Positions 51,419 to 64,000 of a DNA stretch of 64,000 nucleotides are shown here, piece after piece. The stretch is from Mytilus californianus (Eukaryota). The notes beneath the pieces were generated by a model. The model had not been told where the DNA came from. It saw only the letters and a list, made by a program, of their open reading frames with translations, and ran no database searches. The translations under genes and the position numbers were made by a program. The stretch is taken from positions 12,896,001 through 12,960,000 of the forward strand of contig NW_026262615.1 in the NCBI RefSeq assembly GCF_021869535.1. Direction: 5' to 3'. The first letter of the stretch is position 1; the number at the start of each line of letters is the position of its first letter.

Positions 51419-53417
51419 TTAAATAATGATCAATTTAAAAACTATGTGACCGGACAAACAATCCGATGATAAGAAAAAAATGGTCACTTCAGATAATTAC
51501 TGGATCAACAAACATGCAAGTTACTAATCCAATGCAGTATTTTTTCAGGGGCCTACCCAATAACTGTCATGCTATTTAAACGTTTCCTCGTTCTAGCGGA
51601 CATGGAATATACAGGTTTTAATGTTTTAGTCGAAGACTTCCGATGGCATGAGTTATATGATATGTTTTATATGTTACTTTTTTAATAACAAATGTACATG
51701 ACTACAAAAATGGATACAATAAGTTGTGCTGAGACAATAGCTTCACCAACGCCATTTTAGAATTTTATGAGCAACAGAACAGAACAGAACAGTTTAAGTT
51801 TGATTAGCCTAAACTATATAAAAAAGACTAATATATTTTTGATATTTCAAAAACCAAAATGAATATCAAAAGTGTTTTTGTTATTCGTTTTTGATTTCTC
51901 TAAACAAGAAAAGACTCGACATTTGCATTCAATTTCTGCGTTTTGCTCTATTTGATTCTCATTTTACGTTATACAATGTTTTCCTACCCTTTTTGATAGC
52001 CATTGAAAACCCCGGTGTATATACTACTTAATGTAGACAGAATAGACCGCCTGTCTTATGATTTGAACAAAGGTAATTAATGAATCAAAGACTTTAAAAT
52101 TTCCTTGTACTAGTATTTATCTAAAATACAATATAAAAATTATTATATTTAAATATTAAATGAATCACAAACTTAAATGATACAATGAAATATTATATAA
52201 AGATGGTAAAAATACGATTGATTACAACATAACATTAACAAGGGAGGTTACTACTTATCTGATAAGAAAACTAGCCCTGTCGTTAAGTATACACAGCGGT
52301 TATCAGATCAATAGTATTTAAATCGGATATAATGCCGACGAATGGAAAATACTTTATCAATCTGAACAAAAAGGATGCATGATCTTTACTTTTTCAGTTC
52401 TGAAAGGTTAGTAATCTAAGATGATTAGAACTGATGACCAAGGTCCATCTGTCAGTATTAATACTATTACACGAACATTCAGGACAATAATCTGTTTTTA
52501 CATCGAGATGACCGTGAGGTTTTCAACAGATCTTTAAAAAAAATATAGATCCGCGGACATTATCTAGTGCAAAATAGCATTCCTTATCTGTTGTTTTAAA
52601 TTCATTTTTTTCAATGGATGTTCCTATAAATATTTTTTGTAAACACAAATTAATAATATGAAAATGTTTTGTCGTTAGATATATATATATAAAAGTAAAA
52701 AAATAATTGATAATATCTATGCACACGTACCGAAAAATTGTGTTAAAGCTTGTGGAAGAATATCTCAAGAACGTTTTGTGACACTCGCGGCAAGGACCGG
52801 TAACTCTGTAATTGTTTTTGCGGGAAAATATGATTGGCTTCTCATATCCAATCTTTTAGAAAAATGGATTTTTTACCATGGGTCCACGATGCACTTGCAC
52901 TGCACTATTATTAGAATAGTACAATAGAATGATATACAAATGGATGAAAATTACATATACATGTAACTGTTATATTAATATAATATATAACAACAAACCA
53001 GTGTATACATACTCTGGGACTATTATTATATTAGTATAATAGTCCCAGGTATACTGATTTGTATCACTACAATATAATAGTTATTACGGTGTGGTTGAAT
53101 TTCCTGTCAGTTATTCATCATCCACGCACGAACTTGTCTCAGAAAAAAAATATATCTGTACATTATCCTCAGTTTCAGGTATAGAGATGAGATCTTTTTC
53201 TGCGACATGTGCTTTTGACCATCCACAAGAACTTGCGGTCATCCGATGTTCAGTACTTCAGTACTTTGATTTTTTATTATTAAGATCGTTTGATTGAAAA
53301 AAATTTCCGAAAGTTTACAATTCAAAATGGTGATTAGCATTAAATCATTTTGCCATTTGGGGCCTATTCGTAATGACTTTGACTCATTTGTGAAGGCTAT
53401 ATGGTGACATATACTAG

Positions 53418-53625
53418 AGGGTGTGGAAGGGGGGGGTTACGGAATAGAGAATAATGGGTGGAAATATAAAGAATAGGCAAAATGGGCCAAAAAATAAAGA
53501 AAAGAAAATAATGCAGTGTTAGAATATAAAGAATAGAGAATAACTGGCAAAAAGTATAATGATTAGAAAAAAATGGCCTAAAACTTTAAAGAATACAGAA
53601 ATGAATGACCCTAATCCAGACCCCC
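53418..53625. mobile_element. Small MITE-like insertion flanked by atactag direct repeats, inside a family B remnant
   Basis: atactag at 53411-53417 and 53626-53632; weak G-rich/C-rich TIRs; internal agaata repeats. Confidence 0.45.
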
Positions 53626-54172
53626 ATACTAGTAGTTAGTTGCATATACCGACGTTTTTTGTCTCCAATAGATTGTTTTTAATAATCATACTTTTTCTCT
53701 TTACTTTAATGACTATCAAATAAAACGTGAGCTTCAATTCAATAATTTGTCAGCATATGATTACTTAACTTCTTTGCTTCCTGGTGACAAAATGTAAACG
53801 TTTTATTAATTTATTGCGTCTAAAGCACTTTTCTGGTTTTATCTTTATCAGGAGGGTTAGGCGGGGGAAAACAGCAGTGCATTTCACCTGTTGGTACTGT
53901 AGCGTCACTCTTCTTTCATTTTCTTGTGCCTGGTTTTGTAAACGTTGTGTGGCGTTTGTTATCGTTTGCTAAACGCTACAAAAGTAGAAACAAATAAATC
54001 GTTTAATTTAACAATTAAACGAGTCTTACCTTGGTTAAAGGCGAAATTTAATTGTAATTTTATGAGTTGTGTAAACACTGAAGGGATTAAATGAGATTGT
54101 GTTGCGCATGTGTGAACTTCAGTCTTCAAAGTAAAGTTTTATCAGTATGACATACAACGAAATATATACATA

Positions 54173-54430
54173 TCAGGTCAGGAGCCTCTAGCCTTTGTTA
54201 GTCTTGTATTATTTTTAATTTTAGTTTCTTGTGTACAATTTGGAGTTTAGTATGGCGTTCATTATCACTGAACTAGTATATATATTTGTTTAGGGGCCAG
54301 CTGAAGGACGCCTCCGGGTGCGGGAATTTCTCGCTGCATTGAAGACCTATTGGTGGCCTTCTGCTGTTGTCTGTTCTGTGGTCGGGTTGTTGTCTCTTTG
54401 ACACATTCCCCATTTCCATTCTCAATTTTA
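54173..54430 (+). mobile_element. Family A repeat nested between the DIRS ICR and right ITR, TA-flanked
   Basis: ta|tcaggtcaggagcc ... caatttta|ta inside the DIRS 3' region. Confidence 0.75.
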
Positions 54431-54676
54431 TATGTAAACCACAATAGCTACATAATGGTCTCCGTTAACTAGGGAGGGAGGGTGTGGCATTTAATCCCTT
54501 CAGTGTTTACACAACTCATAGAATTACAATTAAACTTCGCCTTTTACCAAGGTAATACTCGTTCAATTGTTATATTTTATTTCGTTGTAACACTTCCGGG
54601 ACCAAATGCGACTTTAAAGCCATAATGATAAAACTGAATACTAAGGATAAGAATTATATAATGTCTTACCTTCTGA

Positions 54677-55866
54677 TTAATTCTTCAACACAATAAAGCT
54701 GAAAGAATTTTCATCTTTTTCAATCTTTTTATTATAAAATTTCGCAAATGTTTTTGCATCTGACCATCCTGCTTTTTGTAAAATACGAGAAATAGGTACT
54801 GCATTCATCTTTGCTTTAGAAACTGATGCTGATCTAACACTGTGAGCTTTGAAAATTGTTGTGTCAATATTAGCTTTTGCCATTACTATTTTTATCCATC
54901 TACAAATTGTATCTCTTGAAACAGGCTGATGTGGTTTCACATAACTTAAAAGTAACGGTTAATGTTTCCCTCTAAACAATTTGGTACGAAATACATATTC
55001 TTTATACACAGTATATACACAAAGTCTCCTATCTGGAGGGTAAGCCTTTATATTTACAGTTGGCTCCTTATAACCAGGTCGGCTTTGTTAAATAAATTCA
55101 TTCAAAACAAAAATAAATTCTCCCTTCACTTTATGTACATGATTAATATTCATTAAATGAATTGATTGAGCTCGAGCTGCATTTGTCAAAGCTATTAACA
55201 TAGTAAATTTTAATGTTAAATCTTTCAATTTTAAAAATTTCACTGGTGATAGGCTACGCAAAAATTGAACTACTTCACTAACGTCCCATGTAGATTTATA
55301 TCTAGGTCTGGGTGGACGAAGATTAAAAATTCCTTTCATGTATCGTATCACCATTGAATGACGTCCAACTGGAATGCTGTCAATAGTAAGTCCTAAAGAC
55401 GAAAGTGCTCCTCGAGCCAGATTTAAACTACTATAACCAAGATTACCTTTCTTAAATAAAGCAAAAATTCAAGCACTGTTCCTACAGAAATTCGAAAGTA
55501 ATTAATTTGTTTTTTGTTACAGTTTCTTTGTACTTGATTTCCAAGACGACATGAGTATGTGGGTTGTTTCATTAGAAAATCTCGTTCTCTGAAGCTACTC
55601 CTGACACTTGACATGCAATTCGTTTCATTTTCTTGTGTAAAGGATGAACAGACTGCGGATCGTGAGGAAGACTCAAAATTTTCTTGCTCTTTGAAAGAAC
55701 GATTGGATTGTCTGTTTACAACTGCATAAGTCTCGGGAACCAAGTTTGTGTCTGCCAACATTGAGCTATTACTATTCCTCTTGCACCGTCTTCTCTGATT
55801 TTGAAAATGCACCGGCTCAATAAACTGAAAGGAGGAAACAAATAGACAAACTGAACATTGGACCAA
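54677..55866 (-). pseudogene. DIRS tyrosine recombinase (integrase), disrupted
   Basis: AARAQSI (catalytic R), KAHSVRSAS (HxxR), AGWS and FAKFY (catalytic Y); split into several ORFs by frameshifts. Confidence 0.9.
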
Positions 55867-57850
55867 TTTATACTAAATGCATTAATGAATACAGATAATG
55901 GATCTGGTCATCAAGAACAGTAATTTCCTAATTGGAAATGTAATCTAGATGCAAACAAATCAATGTCTTGCCTTTGCCACAAAGTACATAATTGGTCAAA
56001 AACAGACCTATCCAATTTCCATTCTAATTTGTCATCAAATTCTCTAGATTTTTTGTCCGCTAGATTTTCTTTGCCTGCTATATGAGTGCATGTCAACCAG
56101 ATATCATTATCTTTACAAAACAACCAAATCTGTTTTGAAATTGTATTGCAATCTATGGACTTTGTGCCGCCTATATTTGATATGTAGGCCAATGCCGTAG
56201 TATTGTCTGTAAGAAACTTAACATGCTTATTTCTGATCAGATGAGAAAGAATTTTAATGTAAAATATATAGCTAATATTTCTAAATAATAATGATTTTTA
56301 GATTCTTCATCTGTCCATCTACCTCCAATTTCGTTATCACTTAATATGCCACCCCATCCTAATAATGAGGCATCTGTCTAAATCACAATTTGTGGACTGT
56401 TGTGACTTATTTGTCTTACTTCAGTTGACACATTAGCAACCCACCATTCTAAATCTCCTTTCATCGGATTTGAAATAAGCATGCTTTGTTCAAAATCTCC
56501 TTTTGAGTTTTTTAATGCTATAATTTTTTCCCTTTCAAGATTACGATAAAACAATTTACCGAATTCAACTGCAGACAAAGAGGGTACTATAAGTCTAATA
56601 ACTTTTGCTGCATCTCTAATTTTAGCTAAGTTTCTCTGCAGTAACCATTTACATTCTTTTACTAGGTTTTGTTTTTTGTCTTCAGTAAGAGTTATAATCA
56701 TATTTTCTGAATCAATAATGTTACCCAAGAATATAATTTGTTTTGATGGTTGAAAAACAGATTTGTCTTTATGTATGACAAATCCTAATTTTGACATTAA
56801 TTCAATTGTGTCATTTACATTTTGATTGCATTCTTCTACAGTCTCTCCTAATAAAAGACTATCGTCTATGTAACCAACATTCACATGACCTAAAACTCTA
56901 AGACTAGAGTATACAGGTTTTAATAATTTAGTAAATATTCTAGGTGAGCAGGAAATCCCATTTGGTAAGCATGTGTATTGAAAAAGTTTTCCGTTCCAAT
57001 AAAACCGTAAAAACTTTTGATGTTCCTCTGCAATTGAAACACTATAGTATAGTCTCAAATCAATAGAAGCCATATATGATTTGTTAGTTACAAGTTTAAT
57101 GGCACTTTCAAAAGTGTCCATTTTAAAATGATGATACTCAATGTATTCATTTAACTTTTTAAGATTCGAAATCATTCTATATTCTTCATTCTTTTTTGGC
57201 CTTAAAAAATATAGGCGATAGAAACTGGTTTTTCATTGACTGAACTTTTTGATAACATCAATTGCCAGTAGACTAGAGTATACAGGTTTTAATAATTTAG
57301 TAAATATTCTAGGTGAGCAGGAAATCCCATTTGGTAAGCATGTGTATTGAAAAAGTTTTCCGTTCCAATAAAACCGTAAAAACTTTTGATGTTCCTCTGC
57401 AATTGAAACACTATAGTATAGTCTCAAATCAATAGAAGCCATATATGATTTGTTAGTTACAAGTTTAATGGCACTTTCAAAAGTGTCCATTTTAAAATGA
57501 TGATACTCAATGTATTCATTTAACTTTTTAAGATTCGAAATCATTCTATATTCTTCATTCTTTTTTGGCCTTAAAAAATATAGGCGATAGAAACTGGTTT
57601 TTCATTGACTGAACTTTTTGATAACATCAATTGCCAGTAACTTTTGAATTTCATTTGAAACATTATCACTTTCTTTTGAGTTAAAGACGGATTTTACATT
57701 GAAATTGTCTTGCTTAGGTTATCTATGAACTCTATATGACAATGGCTTACTATGTCTAAAATAAATTTGTCAGAGGTAATTTTTTCCCATTCATTGGATA
57801 ACTTTTTCAATACAGCAGCTTTAAAACAATGACTTACTTCATTTGATGTA
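55572..57850 (-). pseudogene. DIRS pol: reverse transcriptase, RNase H and adenine methyltransferase-like domain, disrupted
   Basis: YQ/FQYTCLPNG, GYIDDSLL, TDASLLGWG, WLTCTHIAGKENLADKKSR, DLFASRL and FPPFSLL motifs; frameshifts, stops and a 369-bp duplication. Confidence 0.9.
56901..57638. repeat. Exact tandem duplication, 2 x 369 bp, inside DIRS RT
   Basis: Unit agactagagtatacagg...attgccagt at 56901-57269 and 57270-57638; no differences seen by eye. Confidence 0.92.
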
Positions 57851-57851
57851 T

Positions 57852-59084
57852 CTAATACTTTTGTGGATTTCCTCCTCTCTGGGAGTTTTTTGGAACAGGG
57901 CCGGAACCTCGACCTCTTCCTCCTCGGAAGCCACCTCTTCCTCCACGGTAGCCACCTCTGCTTCCTCTATGGCCTCCTCTACCACCTCTGTAGAAGCCTC
58001 CGCCTCTGCCATTTCCAAACTTCAACTTGTTTCCCACCTTGGAACAATCTTCAATGTCCTTAGAAACATTGGAGACGTCGTCTCCAAAAAAGTTGTTTGT
58101 GTAAGGAACAGAGTGAGAGCACAGTTGCACATATTCTGCTATCATTTCGGGCTTTAAAAAATCCCTTCTTGTCATGTTTACTTGACGGTTTGCATGGCCC
58201 AACAAAGCCAATACGTCATTACATTTGTCAAGGTATTCTCCGCCACCGGAGTTATCATTGTTGTTTTCATCAAGAGCCATTTTGTTGACAGTTTTTGTTA
58301 GAATTGTTGCTGCTTTTACAATAGTTTTTTCAAGAAATTGTAATATTTTTTTCGGCAGTTTGTGCTCCTGGTGAAATTATATTCCATATGAACTGGTTCA
58401 TTCTTACAACCGACAAACCTTCACAATTTTCAGGTCTGGTATTGTTCTCATCTTTTGTTAAATCATAGTACTGCTCCTTATTCATACCATTCCTGAACAA
58501 CTCATTGACGTTATTTGCCAAGACCTCATCGATTTTGTCATCACAAAATTCTTGAACCCTTCATCTCTTAGACATAGAAGAGAACCTACTATCATCTTTT
58601 TTCTGCTTCTTTGCAGGTGTTTCACTTTCAATTTCTACATTTTCCCCATCATCATGGGGATTTTCTTCACCTTCATCATAATTATCATCATAATTATAAT
58701 TCCCCTCATCACATTCCTCAATCTCTTGTACACGGTCTTTTAAAGACCTGATATCGTCAGACTGTTTTTTCTGACCATCTTGAATGGATTTCAACATTGT
58801 CATGATTGCATCGTGATTTTCTTCATTTGAGCCAGAAGTAGAGAGGCCAGGGGTTTGAGTTTCAATAACCTGCTTCGCTGATTTTTTACCTTTTACACTT
58901 GAAGTGTTGGCTCCGCCACTCGCGGTAGCCTTTGACTTTTCAGAGTCATATTTCCTTTTTCCAGCCGCGCTGGAAACGGAAGGAACCTGTTCTGAAAGAA
59001 GAAGTTCATCTTCATCAGTTATGTCTTCATGCGAAGACTTTCTTTTCTTGCGGCGGACCCCTTTTCAATCATTTTCTCTGCCAT
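57852..59084 (-). pseudogene. DIRS ORF1 (gag-like) with an in-frame stop and a frameshift; RGG-rich C-terminus
   Basis: ATG at 59084 (MAEKMIEK...), stop after SSMSKR, frameshift near 58330, ends GRGGHRGSRGGYRGGRGGFRGGRGRG. Confidence 0.75.
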
Positions 59085-60184
59085 GTTTTCTTGAATAACC
59101 GGTTTACGGCAATATGCCGAAAACAGGTAAAAGTCATAAATTTTTACCGAATTACGTCCGGTAAATACTAACTTTTATTTATTTAAATATCAAATTTTAT
59201 TAATAATAAAATGTAAATCAACTTCGTTGATTCAATTTAAATTGAAGTTAGGACAATTCAAACCACGTCCGAACTGCCCAAGAACTATCAGCACACTGAA
59301 AGTTCACACATGCGCAGCACAATCTCATTTGGTCCCGAAGTGTTACAACGAAATAAAATCAGTGTTTACTGACCCTGTTTTGAAATTCCAATAATGCATG
59401 CACATGTTGTTGGTAAAAAGACTTATTACGCGGCTATAATTAAATGCGGTTCCTTCAACCAATAAAATAATAAATCTCAAGACTACATCGTTTTTTCTAT
59501 TTCATATGTATGAAAGTTTGTTGCCTATAATTAAGATTATTACTAACAGTGTTTCGGGATTTTTTGCTTAGACTGTTAAAGCATTGGTTCCTTTTCAAAA
59601 GTCTCCCAACTATTGCCTTGATTTAGAAAGTTATTCTTTTATATTTTTGTTACATTTATACGATATGATAGGCACTAGGGCGACGATTTCACTGCATTGT
59701 TTGTCTTTTTGCAGATTGTTCCAATGTTTTCTTATAATTTTACTTATATTCAAGGTTGTAGTTAGAAACAAATGTAGCATTCGTACAAACAAACGATGAA
59801 CGACAAACTGTAGACGCACTTTTAGCGAGTGCATAGTTTGTCAAAGTTTATGTAAACTTTGCAAACGTATGTTAGAAACAAACGATCAAAACATGTGCGC
59901 GCTTAGCCGTTTGTATCGTTTGTGTTAGAAGGAAATGCACTCTAAATATGTAAACAAACTAAATGTTTTTTAATAATTCGAATGACTAAACAACTTTTTC
60001 TTTGAAAATTGTAATTTCATTTTAATGATTCAAATGGTTCTTACATTTATTAAGTGTTACATGCCCAAAGACTTAGAGGAAAATGGGGATCCGGTGAAAT
60101 ACCTTTGCAATTATTTACGATGCATCTCTATGAAATACCCCCTGACTTAGGTTTTCTGTCTATACGGAAAGTAATTCCATCGTA

Positions 60185-60262
60185 CACAACCTTTTGAAAC
60201 TCGCCAAAGATGTTGCTGAAATTAGTTCAGTTGACAAGCTCTTCCAGTCTCTAATCGTAGCT
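60185..60262 (-). mobile_element. LINE ORF2 extreme C-terminal remnant
   Basis: TIRDWKSLSTELISATSLASFKRL resembles the TIRDWNSLP...SL..FK end of CR1/L2-type RTs. Confidence 0.45.
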
Positions 60263-61195
60263 AGAAGAAAATAATTATAGTATGCTACTGTTCTTGACCT
60301 GATAAGTATCAAGTTGGCATGTCGTCTAAAGTTATAGTTTTCGGTGTTACATTTGATTGATTGTTGGTTGCTTAACGTTCAGTGGCAAATATTTCATGCA
60401 TGTTCAGGACGATGTTATGATTGAATAATGGATGAAAATTACATAGATAATCTGGGACAAGATGATTTTTTATTTTGTACAGATATGTACTAAGTCTATG
60501 AACTTTACGGCGTGTTTTAAGAAGCTCAAGACCAACTTAAAGCTAGGAACGGTTTCAATGAAAAAAAACTTTTATTTTACTGTATTATCAGTCACACCAA
60601 AGATTAAGTTTCAAATATATCATTATATAATCATTATATGTACAACACGTGTTCTTTTTTTAATAAATCCCATAGACTTCATTTTGTGTAGCGCCTTTTG
60701 TGTTTTCACATAAAGTACAGCATATTTTATTTATCTTATTGCACAGTTTTATTGAGAAAGTTGAATCATTTTGACATACATTATTTTTTAAGGACTTGTT
60801 CCGCATTTTTAAAATACAACAGATTTTTCACAGATTTTGAATTAGAATTTCAAGTAATTACATTCACGATCCTATACTAGATCTTTCAGGATCCGATCGC
60901 AATGCTTGACCACCGTAAGGTATTCTTTCACGATCATTTCTCTCGATATACCAATAGACAGCCGTGAGAATAAAAGCTCACTTCAAACAGGCCAATATAT
61001 TCATTATACTCCCAAACTCGGTAGGTGGTGTAAAAATCAGTTCATAAGAACACAAATGTCTTTCACCACGTAAAACAATGGTAAATACATGTAGTTACTT
61101 CGGTATAAATGATCGAGAAAATAAGAAGGTAAAAAACAAAACAAATATTAAAATTAAGACAGTATTCATGCAATAACTACAAATTGGATACAGTC

Positions 61196-61252
<57 letters not shown>
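61196..61252. repeat. (ATTG)n microsatellite, about 14 units
   Basis: Direct reading. Confidence 0.95.
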
Positions 61253-61253
<1 letters not shown>

Positions 61254-61949
61254 AAGGGATTTGCTCATTTCACTCCGAACGAAAGTCGTGACCATTTGAG
61301 AATTGTTTGTTTGTAACTCTGTTGTTGTTATCATGATAATTATTTGTATTGCAGCCTTAATTTCACCAATGAAATTTTTTATTAGAGTTTGCCTTTGTAT
61401 TAAATTAATTTATAAACTTTTTGGAACTTTACAATGGCCGTCTGATTTCACTTCAAGAATGTGATATATGCAAATTTATTTGGCCTTCAATGCATCAACT
61501 CTTTTAAGATGGGAATCCTATGGGAAAACACATTGACATAATTTTCTAAACATTTTTTTTGGAACCCAATGACATTGTATAGTGTTGCAAACTGTAATGT
61601 GGAGATTTGCAGTATTGGAACTTAGGTCTGGTCAAACCAAAGATTTTAAAATTGGGTTTTGCTGCTTCTCTTTAAGCACGTGGCATTAATAAGTAAAATC
61701 AGAGACTGGTTGCCTCGAAGTCAGTCAAAATAATGAATCCGTGTAGGATGACATGTCTTCTTGTGACCTATAGCATCGCGAACTAGCACGTCAGGCTCAG
61801 TGTGTCGGTCTAATACAAAGCAGATTAATAATTCATATATAAATAACATGATATCGTCCTGAATATGCATTTAATTTTGCCACTGGACATTAAAAAGCCA
61901 TCCATTGTTACCACCGCAGGCACAGCCTTGCATAAAAGAGTGATTATGC

Positions 61950-62840
61950 GGTCGTATAATGGTATGACGTTTGTTGTCGTCTTCATTTGGTTTCCAAGTG
62001 GAAATAATAACTTGAGTATACATGTAAGTGTATGGATCTTTATGAAATTGTACCACAAGGTTTTGTACCACATAAGGAAGGCTGGAATTAATTTTGAGGG
62101 TTATTGTCCCATCTTTGTAGGAATTAAGGACAAATAACAAGCGTTTTTCTTGTTTCGGGACAATAACTTAATTTTAAGTGTATGAATCTCTATGAATTTG
62201 TACCACATGGTTCCATACTTCATGAGGAATGTTGTGACTGATTTTAGGGGTTATGACCCAAAACTTTCAAGAATTACGGACAACAAAAAAGATTTTCTGG
62301 TTTCCGGACAATAACTTAAGTATAAGGCTAAAATGAATCGTTTTAGGAAAAGGGCTCAAAACAATACTTTTATTATACTTTGCATACTTGCTCATTTCTT
62401 GACCAATTTCAAAGGGGTTTAATTCAAAGTCTTAAATTCTTGAGGTTTTTTTATATGCATAATCTAACCGTGTATTTATAGATTCTTATTTTTGGGGTCC
62501 GTTTTCAATTTGGTCCACATGAATGTCCAAAGGGTCAAAACTTAAACTTTGCTTGATTTTAACAAAAAAAAGAGACTATTAATGTTCTTTGCAATGGTGA
62601 ATATAAACGTGAAATTTGATATTGGATTTTCGGCCCGGTTTTCAATTGGTTCACATCAGTTCCAACGTGTTCATAATCAATTTTAGTTTGATTTTAACAA
62701 AAAATGAATTCAAGGGGTCTTTTAATCGCTTAATCTACACATGTATTTGTATGTTAAGTTTTGGATCATGATAGGCAAATATCCAATTTTATTTTTTTAA
62801 GTTCTTAGACCACATTCATTCTGTGTCAGAAACCTATGAT
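61950..62840 (+). mobile_element. HINE-like element with tandem subrepeats
   Basis: Repeated atgaa(a/t)ttgtaccaca(a/t)ggtt...caataactt units (about 150 bp) and repeated ttttcaattggt(c/t)cacat units. Confidence 0.45.
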
Positions 62841-64000
62841 ATGTCAAATATTTGATCACAATCAAAATTCAGAGTTGCATTACACAGTTAATAGAAAGTT
62901 TAAGTAGATTCACAGTTAAAAATAGATTCCGCATTAAATTTTAATTATATATAAGAAATTATGTATAAGTATAGTTTGATATTTTCTATTCAATATTAGA
63001 TATTTTTAAAAAATAATTAAAGGTACTAAGTTTTTTGAATTTTAGATATTGTATTCAATATAATGATGAATGATATTTTGTTAATTGTCTTTTTTTTCAT
63101 TTCCTTTCTAAAGAATTTTGAGAACTTGGTGGTAGGTTTGTTTTTATTCTATATAAATTGATTTTCAGAATGCTATATATATATAATAATTTTTTTATGA
63201 AGCTAACCCCTTGACAAACGTAGCTGTTATTGTCCATTGATAAATACTAGTAGATTAAATTCTTGGTCCTGAATCTAACCTTGTACTAATATTTAGATTT
63301 TGGATATTGGACCACATTCTGTATGTGCCTGTCTCAAGTCAGGAGCCTGGGTAGTACAGTGGTTGTCGTTGGTTCTTGTCTGTCATGTTTGTTTTTCGTT
63401 AATTTTTTTGTTAAAAGTTAGGCCGTTAGTTTTCTCATCCAAATTGTTTCACATTTTTCAGGTTTGGGCTTTTTATAGCCTACTATATGGTATGGGTTTT
63501 TCTTACTGTTGAAGGACTTACGGTTACATTTAATTGCTTATATCAACTTTTATTGAACCTTGGTGGATAGTTGTCTCATTGGCAATTATATCAAATCAAA
63601 TCAAATCAAATATTTTATTATTCCAATCAGGTTCCCACAGGGGGCATTTACAATATCATGATAATATAAGTAACAAACATGAGACGTTGCACAGTATATA
63701 ACGTGACAGATATTATAATAGACAATTGAAAATAGCATTTATAATCCCCAAAAAATACATTACTAGTACTCTTGAGTATTTTTATTCCTTCCTTCCTTAT
63801 TACTATTATTATTTTTGTGTTCAGCAGTCTACAAATAAAAAATATAAATAAAATAAAAATTAAAAATTAAATATAAAAAATAATTATAAAGTTTGAACAT
63901 ACTTAAATTCTTATTTATAAAGATGGGAAATGTGTTCATCTGCAGGAGACACCAAGGGACGGTGCTCTAGGATATATTGTTGATTGCGATAGGCAATAAT

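Larger units (their letters stand above)
54009..59359 (-). mobile_element. DIRS1-type tyrosine-recombinase retrotransposon, full-length but decayed
   Basis: gag-like, RT-RNaseH-MT and YR ORFs in order; ITRs at 59295-59330 and 54089-54123; ICR at 54489-54607 complementary to both termini. Confidence 0.92.

Overview
AT-rich eukaryotic (animal) genomic DNA. The repeat families point to a bivalve, probably Mytilus (inference). There is no prokaryotic content, rRNA or CRISPR array. Manual splice-aware reading, with every exon junction checked for phase, gives four host gene models that the ORF track mostly misses. (1) A minus-strand ankyrin-ZU5-ZU5-UPA-death domain gene (about 699 aa, PIDD/ankyrin-like) at 8489-23291, which keeps an HFS autoproteolysis-type motif. 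(2) A plus-strand type I membrane receptor at 33985-46176: signal peptide, SRCR, TSP1, TM and a Tyr-motif tail (286 aa), divergent from gene 1. (3) A tentative minus-strand scramblase-like beta-barrel gene at 716-7929, directly downstream of gene 1. (4) A single-exon ANKRD34-like ankyrin ORF at 48684-49046. Mobile DNA includes a structurally complete but decayed DIRS1-type tyrosine-recombinase retrotransposon (54009-59359) with resolvable ITRs and ICR, an exact 369-bp internal tandem duplication and a nested repeat. There are also three Penelope-like RT fragments, three minimal type I hammerhead ribozymes in retrozyme-type repeats, TTAA-flanked Kolobok-like MITEs, HINE/Helentron-like elements, tRNA-derived SINEs, LINE 3' fragments and simple repeats.
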